Assembly: GCA_002307175.1 (NCBI GenBank)
Contig: DBTS01000006.1
Span: forward strand, 8,200-72,199
Direction of reading: 5' to 3'
DNA length: 64,000 nucleotides
From: Rhodocyclaceae bacterium UBA1310
Lineage (GTDB): Bacteria > Pseudomonadota > Gammaproteobacteria > Burkholderiales > Rhodocyclaceae
In this document: piece by piece, positions 18,767 to 29,084 of the stretch
Layout of the letters: each line of letters opens with the position of its first letter
Numbering within the stretch: the stretch's first letter is position 1
Translations under genes and position numbers: made by a program
Notes under the pieces: model-generated
Told to the model about the DNA's origin: nothing
Database searches by the model: none
The model's input: the letters and a program-made list of their open reading frames with translations, nothing else

Positions 18767-20013
18767 GTCTGGCGTTGCGTAGTGCTTGGAACCGGCGCAC
18801 CACACTCGCCTTCATTGTGGCGGCGATGGTGCTGGCGACCATCCTGCTGCTTTCGGTGACGCAGGCGCGGCGCAGCCTGCATGAGAGTTTCTCGCAGGCA
18901 GTCAATGGCACGGATCTGATTGTGGGTGCGCGTGGCAGCAATGTGCAGTTGCTGCTGTATGCGGTGTTCCATATCGGAGATGCGACGCAGAACATGAGCT
19001 GGGCGAGTGCGCAGAAGCTGGCCCGGCACCCGGCAGTGGCGTGGAGCATTCCCTTGTCGCTGGGGGATTCGCACCGTGGTTTCCCGGTACTGGCGACGAG
19101 CCAGGCGTATTTTGAGCATCTGCAGGTGGGGCATGGCGAACTGCTGCAGTTTTCGCAGGGGCGGATGTTCAATGATGTATATGACGCAGTGATTGGCTCG
19201 GAAGTGGCGCAGCGTCTTGGCTATGCAGTGGGCCAGCGTATAACGCTGACACATGGTGCGGTGGCGATGCCAGGGGCTGCACATGCGGACAAACCTTTCA
19301 GGGTAGTGGGCGTGCTGGCGCCGACAGGTACGCCGGTGGATCGCACGGTGCACATCACGCTGGCCGGGATGGAGGCGATCCACCTCGATTGGCAGGCTGG
19401 CGCACCCTTGCCGGGTATGCATATCAGCGCGGAGGCTGCGCGGCGCTTTGACCTGACACCGAAGACGATCACTGCGCAGTTGCTCGGCCTCAAGCGCCGC
19501 AGCGATGTGTTTGCGATGCAGCGGGCAGTGGCTGATGAAGCTGCGGAGCCGCTGATGGGCGTGCTGCCGGGAGTGACGCTGGATCAGCTCTGGGAGTTGG
19601 CGGGGCGTGGCGAGCAGGTGTTGATGGGCCTGGCCTGGGTGGTGGCTGTGGCCGGAATTGCCGGAATGGTGGCCACGCTGCTGGCCAGCCTGCAGGCGCG
19701 CCGCCGCGAGTTGGCGATTCTGCGCGCAGTGGGGGCGGGGCCGTGGGAGATTCTGGCGCTTCTGGGGCTTGAAGGTTTGGGGGTGACACTCGCCGGCATG
19801 CTGCTGGGGGTGTTGCTGACGGCAAGCCTGCTGCCCCTGATGAGTGCGTGGTTGGAAGTTCACTACGGAATTTCCCTGGCAGGGCTGAGCCTGGATGTGA
19901 CGAGTGTGACGATGCTGGCCCTGCTGCTTGCCGGCGGTGTACTGGGGAGCCTGATTCCGGGGGTGTGCGCATGGCGTATGTCGCTGTCCGAAGGATTGGC
20001 GCCGAGGGTATGA
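18751..20013 (+). CDS. ABC transporter permease, MacB/FtsX type (ZrgC-like)
   Basis: GTDLIVGARG..QLLLYAVF; PLSLGDSHRG; RRRELAILRAVGA. Confidence 0.93.
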   Translation: MPGILSLALRSAWNRRTTLAFIVAAMVLATILLLSVTQARRSLHESFSQAVNGTDLIVGARGSNVQLLLYAVFHIGDATQNMSWASAQKLARHPAVAWSIPLSLGDSHRGFPVLATSQAYFEHLQVGHGELLQFSQGRMFNDVYDAVIGSEVAQRLGYAVGQRITLTHGAVAMPGAAHADKPFRVVGVLAPTGTPVDRTVHITLAGMEAIHLDWQAGAPLPGMHISAEAARRFDLTPKTITAQLLGLKRRSDVFAMQRAVADEAAEPLMGVLPGVTLDQLWELAGRGEQVLMGLAWVVAVAGIAGMVATLLASLQARRRELAILRAVGAGPWEILALLGLEGLGVTLAGMLLGVLLTASLLPLMSAWLEVHYGISLAGLSLDVTSVTMLALLLAGGVLGSLIPGVCAWRMSLSEGLAPRV

Positions 20014-20016
20014 TAT

Positions 20017-20607
20017 ATGCGTAACGTAGCCGTTAGAAATCTGTGCTGCGGAGTTCTGTTGGTGGCAGTTCTGGCTCTGGCAGTGTGGGCTGGGTGGGTC
20101 GCATGGGAGCGTTATCGCGCGGCTAATCGTCCCTTGTTTCACGAGATCGGTTGGCCCGATCTGGTGCCGGCGGGGTGGACGCCACCGGATGTGCTGCGTG
20201 GCATGAATGTGAACCGCTATCAGGATGGTGATCCGGAGGCGATCGACGCACTCGCGAGAATGAAAAACGCATGGGCAGATGCGCCGGCGGTGAAGGCGCT
20301 GGATGGCAGGCTGGTGCGGATTGCCGGCTATGTGATTCCGCTTGATCGCGAGAATGATGAGGTGCATGAGTTTTTGCTGCTGCCGTATTTCGGGGCGTGT
20401 ATTCATGTGCCACCCCCACCCTCTAACCAGATCATTTATGTGCGCTCGAAGGCGCCGCTGGAAGGCATGATGACAATGGATACTTTCTGGGTGGACGGTA
20501 CTCTGCAGGTGAGCACTACCGATAGCCCCTGGGGGCAGGCGGGTTATACCTTGCAAGCGTATGACACGCAGCACTATGAAGTTCCTGCCCAATCAAACAA
20601 GTCTTGA
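20017..20607 (+). CDS. DUF3299 family protein
   Basis: VRIAGYVIPL; EFLLLPYFGACIHVPPPPSNQ. Confidence 0.92.
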   Translation: MRNVAVRNLCCGVLLVAVLALAVWAGWVAWERYRAANRPLFHEIGWPDLVPAGWTPPDVLRGMNVNRYQDGDPEAIDALARMKNAWADAPAVKALDGRLVRIAGYVIPLDRENDEVHEFLLLPYFGACIHVPPPPSNQIIYVRSKAPLEGMMTMDTFWVDGTLQVSTTDSPWGQAGYTLQAYDTQHYEVPAQSNKS

Positions 20608-20611
20608 TGTG

Positions 20612-20734
20612 ATGAACAAACTGATGAGCTATTCCCTCTTTTCGATGCCGACGTGGTTGCGCCTGTGTCTGGTAGTGCCGCTGTGCGTGGCGCTGTGGCT
20701 GGTGGTGGCGTGGGCGCTGGAGGTGTTGCCATGA
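20612..20734 (+). CDS. 40-aa membrane peptide preceding the metal ABC ATPase
   Basis: MNKLMSYSLFSMPTWLRLCLVVPLCVALWLVVAWALEVLP; its stop overlaps the next ATG (ATGA); below the ORF-track cutoff. Confidence 0.65.
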   Translation: MNKLMSYSLFSMPTWLRLCLVVPLCVALWLVVAWALEVLP

Positions 20735-21510
20735 GTGCGACGGTGGGTGGAGGCGTGGATGCCATGGCGGGTACGATGATTAGTCTGCATGATCTGACGG
20801 TGAGCTATCGGCGCCATCCGGCGGTGCATCATCTCTCCGGCAGTTTCGCGAGAGGCTCGCTGACGGCGCTGGTGGGGCCGAACGGGGCGGGCAAGAGCAC
20901 GTTGCTGAAAAGCCTGCTCGGGCTGGTGCCGATCGAGCACGGCAGCGTGCTGCTGGGTGTGGAGCGGCAGCATATTGCATATCTGCCACAGCGCTCGGAG
21001 ATCGACCGCAGCTTTCCGCTTTCGGTGCTCGATTGTGTGCTGCTCGGCCACTGGCAGCGCAATGGCCTGCATGCGGGGATCTCGGCGGAGGCCCGCCAGG
21101 CCGCAGTGCAGGCGCTGGCTACGGTAGGGCTGGGGGGCTTTGAGGGGCGGGCGCTGGGCACGCTCTCGGGCGGGCAATTTCAGCGCGTGCTGTTTGCGCG
21201 CATCCTGCTGCAGGACGCGCAACTGATCCTGCTTGATGAGCCATTCGCGGCAGTAGATGAGCCGACCATTGATGCCCTGATGGCGCTGATCCTGCGCTGG
21301 CAGGCCGAAGGGCGCACGACGATTGCGGTGCTGCATGATTTTGATCTGGTGCGTGGGCGCTTTCCGCAAACCCTGCTGCTGGCGCGCAAGCTGCTGGCCT
21401 GGGGGGCAACGGCGGAGGTGCTGACCCCGGAGAATATGCGCCGTATGCGCGCTACAGTGGCAGCCTGGGATGAGCATGCGCCGGTGTGCAATACGGAGGG
21501 TGAGGACTGA
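20731..21510 (+). CDS. Zn/Mn ABC transporter ATP-binding protein (ZnuC/AztA-like)
   Basis: GPNGAGKS; AYLPQ; LSGGQFQR; LLDEPF; VLHD. Confidence 0.93.
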   Translation: MSATVGGGVDAMAGTMISLHDLTVSYRRHPAVHHLSGSFARGSLTALVGPNGAGKSTLLKSLLGLVPIEHGSVLLGVERQHIAYLPQRSEIDRSFPLSVLDCVLLGHWQRNGLHAGISAEARQAAVQALATVGLGGFEGRALGTLSGGQFQRVLFARILLQDAQLILLDEPFAAVDEPTIDALMALILRWQAEGRTTIAVLHDFDLVRGRFPQTLLLARKLLAWGATAEVLTPENMRRMRATVAAWDEHAPVCNTEGED

Positions 21511-22385
21511 TGCTGGCCCATCTGTATGCTATCCTGATTGTGCCGTTTGCGGAGAATCCGTTTATGCGGCGGGCATTGGCGGGAGCATTGGCGCTTTCAG
21601 TGGCAAGCCCTCCGCTGGGTATCCTGCTCACCTTGCGGCGTATGAGTCTCTTTGGTGATGCGCTGAGCCATGCGGTGTTGCCAGGCGTTGCGGTGGGGTT
21701 TCTGCTGTGTGGTCTGTCCTTGCCGGCAATGAGCATTGGCGGGCTGGTGGCCGGGATGCTGGTGGTGGCGCTGGCGGGCTGGATCAGCCGGCGCACGCAG
21801 CTGCGCGAGGATGCGAGTCTGGCGGCCACCTATCTGGTGGCGCTGGCGCTGGGCGTGATGCTGATTTCGGCGCAGGGCACGCAGGTGGATCTGCTGCACA
21901 TTCTGTTTGGCAATGTGCTGGCGGTGGACCAGGATGGGCTGTTGCTGATCGCCGGGATTGCGACACTGATCCTGGTGCTGCTTGCCACGCTGTACCGCGG
22001 TTTGCTGCTGGAAACTTTCGATCCGCTCTTCCTTGCTGCCTGCGGTGGGCGCGGCTGGCTTTATCAGCAGGCCTTTCTGCTGATGGTAGTGCTGAATCTG
22101 GTGGCGGCATTCCAGACGCTGGGCACGCTGATGGCGGTGGGCCTGATGATGATTCCGGCGGTGGCAGCCCGCTTGTGGAGCGAGCGCCTGGGCGTGCAGT
22201 TTATGGTTGGGGTGGCGCTGGCGGTGCTGGCGAGTGTGGCGGGGCTGCTGCTGTCCTACCACTTTGATCTGTCGTCGGGGCCAGCGATCATCGTGAGTGC
22301 CGGTGCGGTATATGGCGCATCGGTGTTGGTGGCGCCGGGGGGCTGGCTGCGCCAGTTGATGCAGCGGCCACATCTGCGTGGGTGA
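21510..22385 (+). CDS. Zn/Mn ABC transporter permease (ZnuB/AztB-like)
   Basis: RRMSLFGDALSHAVLPG; ABC-3 family TM pattern. Confidence 0.95.
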   Translation: MLAHLYAILIVPFAENPFMRRALAGALALSVASPPLGILLTLRRMSLFGDALSHAVLPGVAVGFLLCGLSLPAMSIGGLVAGMLVVALAGWISRRTQLREDASLAATYLVALALGVMLISAQGTQVDLLHILFGNVLAVDQDGLLLIAGIATLILVLLATLYRGLLLETFDPLFLAACGGRGWLYQQAFLLMVVLNLVAAFQTLGTLMAVGLMMIPAVAARLWSERLGVQFMVGVALAVLASVAGLLLSYHFDLSSGPAIIVSAGAVYGASVLVAPGGWLRQLMQRPHLRG

Positions 22386-22421
22386 ATCAGCGAGTCTGCG
22401 AGAAGAATTTTCTGAGGGAGA

Positions 22422-23330
22422 ATGTGCATGCGTAGATACTTGTTTGGCATGGTAGCGGTGCTGGCGCTGGGTTGGCAGGGGCTGGCGTTTGGCGCGGAGA
22501 AGATTCCGGTGGTGGCGAGTTTCTCGATTCTCGGGGATATCGTCAGCAATGTGGGCGGTGAGCGCATTGCGGTGAGCACGCTGGTGGGGCCGGATCAGGA
22601 TGCGCATGTATTCGAGCCCCGCCCGGCGGACGTGGCGAAGGTGAGTCGCGCAAAGCTGGTGGTGATCAACGGGCTTGGCTTTGAGGGCTGGATGGCGCGG
22701 CTGGCGAAATCTTCCGGCTACAAGGGGCCGCTGGTGGTGGCGAGCACTGGTGTGAAACCCCGCCAGATGGCAAGCGAGGACGGCCACGGGCATGGCGAGC
22801 AGATTGATCCGCATGCCTGGCAGGACCCGACGAATGTGATTGAGTATGTGAAGAACATCACCGAGGCGCTGGTGCGACTTGACCCGGCCGGTGAGGCGGA
22901 ATACCGCAACAACGCCATGAAGTACACGGTGCAACTGCAAGCGCTGGACGCCTGGGTGCGCGCGCAGTACGCACGCTTCCCGGCTGAGAAGCGGCGCATC
23001 ATCACCTCGCATGATGCGTTTGGCTATCATGGCGCGCACTACGGCATCGAGTTCCTCGCGCCGCAGGGGATGTCTACCGAGAGCGAGGCTAGTGCGAAGG
23101 ATGTGGCGCGCCTCGTGCAGCAGATCCGGCGCGAGAAGATCAAGGCGGTGTTCATGGAGAACATGAGCAACCCGAAACTGATCCAGCAGCTCTCCAAGGA
23201 TGCCGGCGTGACCTTGGCCGGGGAACTCTATCCGGATGCGCTATCGAAGGAAAACGGCCCGGCGAAGACCTACCTGATACTGATCCGCCACAATGTGGAG
23301 GAGATCGTGGCAGCACTGGGGCGAAACTGA
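22422..23330 (+). CDS. Zn/Mn ABC transporter substrate-binding protein (ZnuA/AztC-like)
   Basis: DAHVFEP; DPHAWQ; TSHDAFGY; LYPDAL. Confidence 0.95.
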   Translation: MCMRRYLFGMVAVLALGWQGLAFGAEKIPVVASFSILGDIVSNVGGERIAVSTLVGPDQDAHVFEPRPADVAKVSRAKLVVINGLGFEGWMARLAKSSGYKGPLVVASTGVKPRQMASEDGHGHGEQIDPHAWQDPTNVIEYVKNITEALVRLDPAGEAEYRNNAMKYTVQLQALDAWVRAQYARFPAEKRRIITSHDAFGYHGAHYGIEFLAPQGMSTESEASAKDVARLVQQIRREKIKAVFMENMSNPKLIQQLSKDAGVTLAGELYPDALSKENGPAKTYLILIRHNVEEIVAALGRN

Positions 23331-23356
23331 TAATCCTCCTCCAAAGGCTGCATGCT

Positions 23357-24397
23357 TCATGCAGCCTTTGACACAGATGCTGTGAGAGAGGGGGTTTCTG
23401 GCGCCAGGTAATAGAGTATTCCGAAGATGTAGAACGGGATCAGTTCAAGCATTACACGCGACTCGCTGATAACGCCGAAACAGAAAATCGAGGCAGACAA
23501 CGCGAGGAACGTGAAGCCCAAGCCAAAGAAACGTGCGGGATCTTTTTTCATCAGGCTGATGGCCAGCACGGCTGCACAGGTCAGAATGAATAGAGGTGTC
23601 AAATGAAAGAAGAGACTCGGGGTAAGCTCCCCGGCGATGCTGCGGATGTTGAAGCCGATGGCGATGTCGAAATTGTGCGAGACGCCGGGTGCGCTGACCA
23701 TTTCACGTACCAGTAGCATTTTGCGGAGCGCTAGGATGAGGAGCGTCCCCAGCGTGCCACACAGAATGCCGGCCAGGCACAGGGCTTTGTCTATATGACG
23801 GAGCCAGTGCTTATGACGATAAGTAAAGAATGCCTTGGCAATCGGATGGACAACCATCCAGATCGCCATGAACAGGGCGCTTTCACGATTGAGGATGGCA
23901 ATCGTGAAAAGCGCGCTGAACCAGCGCCAATCTTTGTCGGCGAAGACAAAATAGACAAACAGCAGGAATAGTATGATGCAGTACTGGTCCCAGGCATACA
24001 GCCACAGTTGGTTCAGCAGAAAAGAGAAAAACGCCTGAAAGGCGAAAAAGGCAAGCCATGCGGACTGTTTTCCGAATCGTCGGTCAGCCAGCAGCAGGAC
24101 CATATAGCCGGCAAGTGTGGTCATGCCAGCCAGAAAAAAAACATGTGCAAGGGAAAAGTCTCCGATCAGAGCGGACAGTAACCTGATCGTGTATGGGCCT
24201 AAAAGACGACTCTGGTAGATGGCCCAGAACGGAGTTCCGTCCAGCACCTGTGCGGAGGCGCCGATGGAATTTCCATAGTGGCTTCCCATCACAAAGAATA
24301 TGAGGCGCAGTTGCGCGAGCATCGCCAGCGCGGATGCCATGACCCAGCAGAAATGAGTGCGATAGCGATGGGATGGAGACATGCTGATGTTACTCAA
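23357..24397 (-). CDS. Multi-pass membrane protein, possible GT-C glycan transferase (paralogue A)
   Basis: About 9-10 TMs; YQSRLLGPYT, WLYAWD, NRESALF, ESRVMLELIP. Confidence 0.7.
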   Translation of the reverse strand: MSNISMSPSHRYRTHFCWVMASALAMLAQLRLIFFVMGSHYGNSIGASAQVLDGTPFWAIYQSRLLGPYTIRLLSALIGDFSLAHVFFLAGMTTLAGYMVLLLADRRFGKQSAWLAFFAFQAFFSFLLNQLWLYAWDQYCIILFLLFVYFVFADKDWRWFSALFTIAILNRESALFMAIWMVVHPIAKAFFTYRHKHWLRHIDKALCLAGILCGTLGTLLILALRKMLLVREMVSAPGVSHNFDIAIGFNIRSIAGELTPSLFFHLTPLFILTCAAVLAISLMKKDPARFFGLGFTFLALSASIFCFGVISESRVMLELIPFYIFGILYYLAPETPSLTASVSKAA

Positions 24398-24476
24398 TGT
24401 GAAAATCCTGTGTGATTTTACGCTTTGCTTACGTGGAAACCCATGAACTGGTGGGAAGTATGCCCAGGGGAAGGGG

Positions 24477-25499
24477 TTAACTGCCGGAGTCTGTATTCCG
24501 GGAAATTTCTGCGGTATTCAGCCAGATCAACCCGAAGACTACGAACGGAACCAGTTCGAGCATTACCCGGGTTTCTGTGAGCACGCCAAAAATGACGATA
24601 GAAACGCAAAGCGCAATATGGGTGATGCCTATCGCGAGGAAGCGCCCAGGATTACGCTGCGCAAGGAGAAAGGCAATGACGGCGGTGAGCGCAAGAAATG
24701 CCGGACAGACGAGCTGCATGCCGAAGTTCGTGGCTAGTGTGCCAGCCATGTCGGCGACATTCCGATCCCAGGCGATAATGTAGTTGTGCACGATGCCCGG
24801 AGCGCGGCCCGCTTCGTGAATGAGCAGGGATTGGCGCAGGAGACGCAAGATGAACAAGCCGATCACCCCGCAGAGCACCCCGGCGGCGCACATTGTCCGA
24901 TCGAATCCCTGCCACCGTTTTTCTCGCCCGTGCTCAATGCAGACCCGGCAGATGGGCTGGAGGACCATCCACATGGCAATGAAGAGGGCGCTTTCGCGAT
25001 TAAAGAGGGCGACCGCGTACAGTGCGGTGAACCAGCGCCAGTCCTTGGCTGCATAGACGAAATAGACGAACAGGGTGAAGACGATGATGCTGTAATGGTC
25101 CCAGGCGTAGAGCCAACGTTCGTTGAGCAGCGCAGCGAAGCCTAGATGAAAGGCGATGAAGGCGGCCCAGCCGGCCTGCGCTCCGAAGCGGCGGGTAGTA
25201 AGTTGGAGGAACAGCAGACCCGCCACCATCGTTGTTAGTATAAGGAAAACAACGTGGGCGAGCACAAAGTTGCCATCTGTGAAGGTTGCCAGAAAGCGGA
25301 CAGTGTAAGGGCCAAGGATGCGGCTCTGGTAGTTGGCCCAGTGGGGGACGCCGTTGATCACTCCGAGTGCGGCGTCGATCGATTCCGCGTATTGATGGCC
25401 CTGAATCAGCACAACGAGGCGGAACTGGGCCAGTGCCACGCCCGCCGAGGCTACGATCCACAGCAGATAGGTGCGCCCGACGGAGAGGATGCGCGACAT
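24477..25499 (-). CDS. Multi-pass membrane protein, possible GT-C glycan transferase (paralogue B)
   Basis: YQSRILGPYT, WLYAWD, NRESALF, ETRVMLELVP; paralogue of 23357..24397. Confidence 0.7.
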   Translation of the reverse strand: MSRILSVGRTYLLWIVASAGVALAQFRLVVLIQGHQYAESIDAALGVINGVPHWANYQSRILGPYTVRFLATFTDGNFVLAHVVFLILTTMVAGLLFLQLTTRRFGAQAGWAAFIAFHLGFAALLNERWLYAWDHYSIIVFTLFVYFVYAAKDWRWFTALYAVALFNRESALFIAMWMVLQPICRVCIEHGREKRWQGFDRTMCAAGVLCGVIGLFILRLLRQSLLIHEAGRAPGIVHNYIIAWDRNVADMAGTLATNFGMQLVCPAFLALTAVIAFLLAQRNPGRFLAIGITHIALCVSIVIFGVLTETRVMLELVPFVVFGLIWLNTAEISRNTDSGS

Positions 25500-25725
25500 G
25501 CAGGTTCCTTGAAAAGTGGGTGGAGGGAAATAGGGGGTACTGCAGGTAAGTATTGTAGGAGTCTAGCCGCAAGCACGCCAGTGAGCCGGTCGGCGACAGA
25601 CGTCGGTGGGGAAGACTACGCTGGGAGCGGTGTGATCCGGTTTCGGAGCGTACGACCCGAATTATGACACCGACCACGTCAGGTCGGCTAAAATTCTACC
25701 TTCTGTCACAGGCAGGCCCGGTCCG

Positions 25726-27186
25726 ATGCAAGCTTACCGTCTCAATATCCTCAAAATGTCCTTGCTTTGCCTTGTGCCGTTCGTGTACATGGGCTTGTTC
25801 ATCGGTAGCTATACGGATGATGCATTCATAACCCTGTCGTACGTGAAGACGCTGGTTCAATCTCACACATGGGGCATGCATGCAGGCCACGTTTCCAATG
25901 CTGCGACGTCTCCCCTGCATGTCCTTCTGCTGAGTGCGCTGACAGTGGTTGTCCGGGATCCACTGATCGGGCTTTATCTTTTTGACGTGGGCGTTGTTTT
26001 TGCATTTTATTTTGTATTCAGACGCATCAGCCGGAATTCTGGGGCTCCCGAAGCATGGCCGCTGCTTGCTACGGTTTTGCTCTACGTAAATCCTCTTCTC
26101 GTTTCAACACAGGGATTGGAGAGCTATCTTTACCTGCTGATGCTCGTGGTGACCTGCATGCTGCACGCGGAAGATCGGCACTGGCTGGCTGGTGTTGCCT
26201 GTGGCCTGCTGTATCTGGCCCGTCCGGACGGATGCCTGGCTGCAGTTGTATTGGCTGTTGCCTGTATTTCGCAAAGGAAGTGGCGGGGGCTGGTATTCCT
26301 GCTGCCTTTGATGTTGATTGGTCTTGTGTGGACCTGGGTTTCCTGGAAATATCTGGGATCCCCGATTCCTGACACTTTCTTTATCAAGCAGGGGCAGATA
26401 TTCCAGGGAGGATTCACATTCTTTTCCGGACTGCTTTTCTATTTTTCCCGCTTTCCGATAGCACTGGCCCTGTCGTTTGCCCCTGGCATTGCATTGCTGT
26501 TTTATCGCCCCACGGCCTGGAGTCCGTTTGGGAAAATATTCTGGCTGCTTCTGACTGCCTACGTCACGCTCCATTTCGCGGGCTATGCTTTGTTGAGAGT
26601 GCCGCCTTTTCACTGGTATTACGCTCCTGAGGCTGCGTTCTGTGCCCTCGCGGGCAGTCTCGGTTCGGCGTGTCATATAGGCAAAAAACTCAAAGGAAGT
26701 AACCTTGCCATAGCGCTTCTGGTTTTCGGTTCTCTGATTCCCGTGTTGATGTCGATTTTTCTGACATCGACACTTCCGATCTCAACTAACTGGGCCAACG
26801 CGAATGGCTACAGAAAAATTGCGGAATGGCTCAATCGAAATATTCAGGATGACAAAATTGCACTGCGTGGCGAGCTCGGAGTTCTTCAGTACTATACCCG
26901 TGCAGATATGATAGACGAGTTCTCGGACAGATCTTTCATAGACCGAAGATATCGTAAAACGTCGGATTCTTTTGCCCGGCAACTCATCGGAACGGCTTTT
27001 GAAAACGCGCAGGCCCCAAGTCTGACGGATATCCACTATGGGCTGGCAGCCTGTCGTAGCCCAGACTATGCCTTGCAGACATGGTTAGTGGAGTCTCCCT
27101 GGGGTGGGGGTTCCCATATCTGCCTGTACAGGCTTAAGTCGGTGACAGGTGATGGGTGGGAAATTAGCACTACGCCCAATCGCTGA
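25726..27186 (+). CDS. GT-C fold membrane glycosyltransferase
   Basis: DDAFITLSY in the first loop; TSPL, GLE, RPDG and PDTFFIK motifs typical of polyprenyl-phosphate-sugar-dependent transferases. Confidence 0.8.
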   Translation: MQAYRLNILKMSLLCLVPFVYMGLFIGSYTDDAFITLSYVKTLVQSHTWGMHAGHVSNAATSPLHVLLLSALTVVVRDPLIGLYLFDVGVVFAFYFVFRRISRNSGAPEAWPLLATVLLYVNPLLVSTQGLESYLYLLMLVVTCMLHAEDRHWLAGVACGLLYLARPDGCLAAVVLAVACISQRKWRGLVFLLPLMLIGLVWTWVSWKYLGSPIPDTFFIKQGQIFQGGFTFFSGLLFYFSRFPIALALSFAPGIALLFYRPTAWSPFGKIFWLLLTAYVTLHFAGYALLRVPPFHWYYAPEAAFCALAGSLGSACHIGKKLKGSNLAIALLVFGSLIPVLMSIFLTSTLPISTNWANANGYRKIAEWLNRNIQDDKIALRGELGVLQYYTRADMIDEFSDRSFIDRRYRKTSDSFARQLIGTAFENAQAPSLTDIHYGLAACRSPDYALQTWLVESPWGGGSHICLYRLKSVTGDGWEISTTPNR

Positions 27187-27534
27187 TTGGAAAGTGAAAA
27201 ATGATCGCGATGGTATCCGTTGCTGGTTGATGGGTATCTGCAGCGAAGCACAAAATGGTGGAAAAACAGGCTGCAGCGCATTGCGCCGGATACATCGCGT
27301 GGTGGGCCAAGGAAGCCTGTTTTGCCGTGGGCTCAATCTGGTGCCGTGATGAGGGTGAATCAATCTGTCACGGCAAGCCGCTCAAGGCTCAGAACTTTTG
27401 TTCCCCTGGGAATTCACCATCCGTGTCTGGCGGAATTCGCTTCGCTCTCTCAGCCCTACCCTGAGCACTGAGCACGCATGGCTGCGGCCGGGGAGATGAA
27501 GACATCCCCACACTAAAGTCTGAAGGACCAAGAG

Positions 27535-27773
27535 GGTTCATCAGACTTTAGTGTGGACAATCATTGGCATGCCGATTCTATCTTCCACTCTTCCATGCCA
27601 AAAAGGCGGTTTGTCGATCGGGTCGAGCTGACGGGCAAGGTCCCGTCAGCTCGACCCGATTGTCTTTTGCGTTCCCGGCAGAATTGCATGACTGCCGCAT
27701 GGTTTTTCGCGCCGTTCGCTGTAGCGTGTTCAGCGAAAGCGTGCTGCTTACCCACACTAAAGTCTGAAGGGCC
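27535..27773 (+). mobile_element. ISL3-like MITE with internal perfect hairpin
   Basis: TIRs GGTTCATCAGACTTTAGTGTGG / CCACACTAAAGTCTGAAGGGCC; 19-bp perfect stem 27617-27635/27642-27660; another right-end TIR abuts at 27507-27529. Confidence 0.75.
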
Positions 27774-27865
27774 ACAAAAATAATTGCCACGCAACCGGAT
27801 TGTCCTGCACAGCAATCTGGTTGGCGCGGCACACAGCGCTGTCTTCTGAAACCTTTGGCTCGTTC

Positions 27866-27906
27866 CCCCTGTAGGGTTCGCATCTCTTCCCGCATGTGTC
27901 CAAACT
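27866..27906 (+). promoter_or_regulatory. Phage-module promoter motif, copy 1
   Basis: CCCCTGTAGGGTT, identical at 45072; followed by TTCGCA-N18-CAAACT. Confidence 0.6.
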
Positions 27907-28007
27907 GCGCCTCAAGTTGATGGCGACATCGACGATCTGCAGGCCGGAGGATCGGTCTGCCTGGCTGAAGCCCTTTGCGGCCACGGCGACATGTGGCGGG
28001 ACAGGCG

Positions 28008-29027
28008 ATGAATCAAGACGAGTTTATCCAGCAGCACACCGATGATGGAGCATTATCTCCAGAGCATGCAGCGCAGCTTCTCGATGCGGCGCTGACGGGC
28101 GATACCGGCAGCATGCCGGACAAGGGGAGCGAGCCCACGACTCCCGCAGGCGGTGGGGATGGCGATATCGGTGGGCTTTTGTCCGCTGCGGCGGACAGTT
28201 CGAATGCGCCCGAGGCGGGAGAGCAGGCCGCTGAGGCGGTAATCCTGGCCAAAGATGGCCGCCACACGATTCCGTACGAACGATTGGCGGAAGCACGTGA
28301 GGAGGCGCGTCTCTCGCGTGCCCAGGCGGAAGCGGCAATGGCGCAGTTGATGGCCTTGCAGGCGAATGCCGAGGCACGTATGGCGGCCGGTGTGGCGCCG
28401 ACTCGGGCGGACAACCAGGTGGCAGTGGCGCAGGCCGCCATTGACGCCGGGATCAGCCCGGAGGTGTTTGGGGACTTTTCCGAGCGTGCGCTGGCTGCAG
28501 GCATCCAGCATCTGGTGGATGCACGGGTGGCTTCTCTCACGGCGAATCTGCAGCAGCGTGTGGATTCGGCACTGGCACCGCTTGCGATGCGCGAGGCTGA
28601 CGATGCGCTCGCTGAGCATTACGACGAGATCTATGCCCGCCACCCGGATGCGGATTCCATCGCGGAGAGCCGGGAGCTGGCGGAGTGGGTCGCGGCGCAA
28701 CCTTCGTTTGCACGCGCTGCCTGTGAGTATGTGATGCAGGCTGGCAACACGGCAGAGGTGATCGAACTGTTCGACCGTTTCAAGACGGACACTGGCAGAA
28801 CTCCGGCAGGGCGGCCTGGGGATATGCAGGCTGCGGCCAAAGCGGCGCTTGCGCGTGCTGCCTCCCCCGTGCCGGCAAGCCTCTCGGATATTCCAGGGGG
28901 GCGTGCGGCGGGGGCGGCCGATGACGTGGCAATCGCCAGTTTGAGCGGCCCCGATCTGCTTGATGCGATCCAGAGCAAAGGCTGGTCGCCACAGCAGATT
29001 GAGGCCTTCCTGAACCGGCGCATCTAG
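28008..29027 (+). CDS. Putative capsid scaffolding protein
   Basis: Acidic, Ala-rich coiled-coil protein (LAKDGRHTIPYERL; HPDADSIAES) immediately before the major capsid gene. Confidence 0.7.
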   Translation: MNQDEFIQQHTDDGALSPEHAAQLLDAALTGDTGSMPDKGSEPTTPAGGGDGDIGGLLSAAADSSNAPEAGEQAAEAVILAKDGRHTIPYERLAEAREEARLSRAQAEAAMAQLMALQANAEARMAAGVAPTRADNQVAVAQAAIDAGISPEVFGDFSERALAAGIQHLVDARVASLTANLQQRVDSALAPLAMREADDALAEHYDEIYARHPDADSIAESRELAEWVAAQPSFARAACEYVMQAGNTAEVIELFDRFKTDTGRTPAGRPGDMQAAAKAALARAASPVPASLSDIPGGRAAGAADDVAIASLSGPDLLDAIQSKGWSPQQIEAFLNRRI

Positions 29028-29084
29028 TGTGGTGAAACGCCACACTTTGCAGTGCATCCGATGCGTATGACAATGGAGAGCTAA

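Noticed and set aside
27507-27557. Neisseria-type DNA uptake sequences or a simple terminator hairpin (GTCTGAA inverted pair)
   Set aside because: Too few copies and no GCCGTCTGAA; better explained as back-to-back MITE ends.
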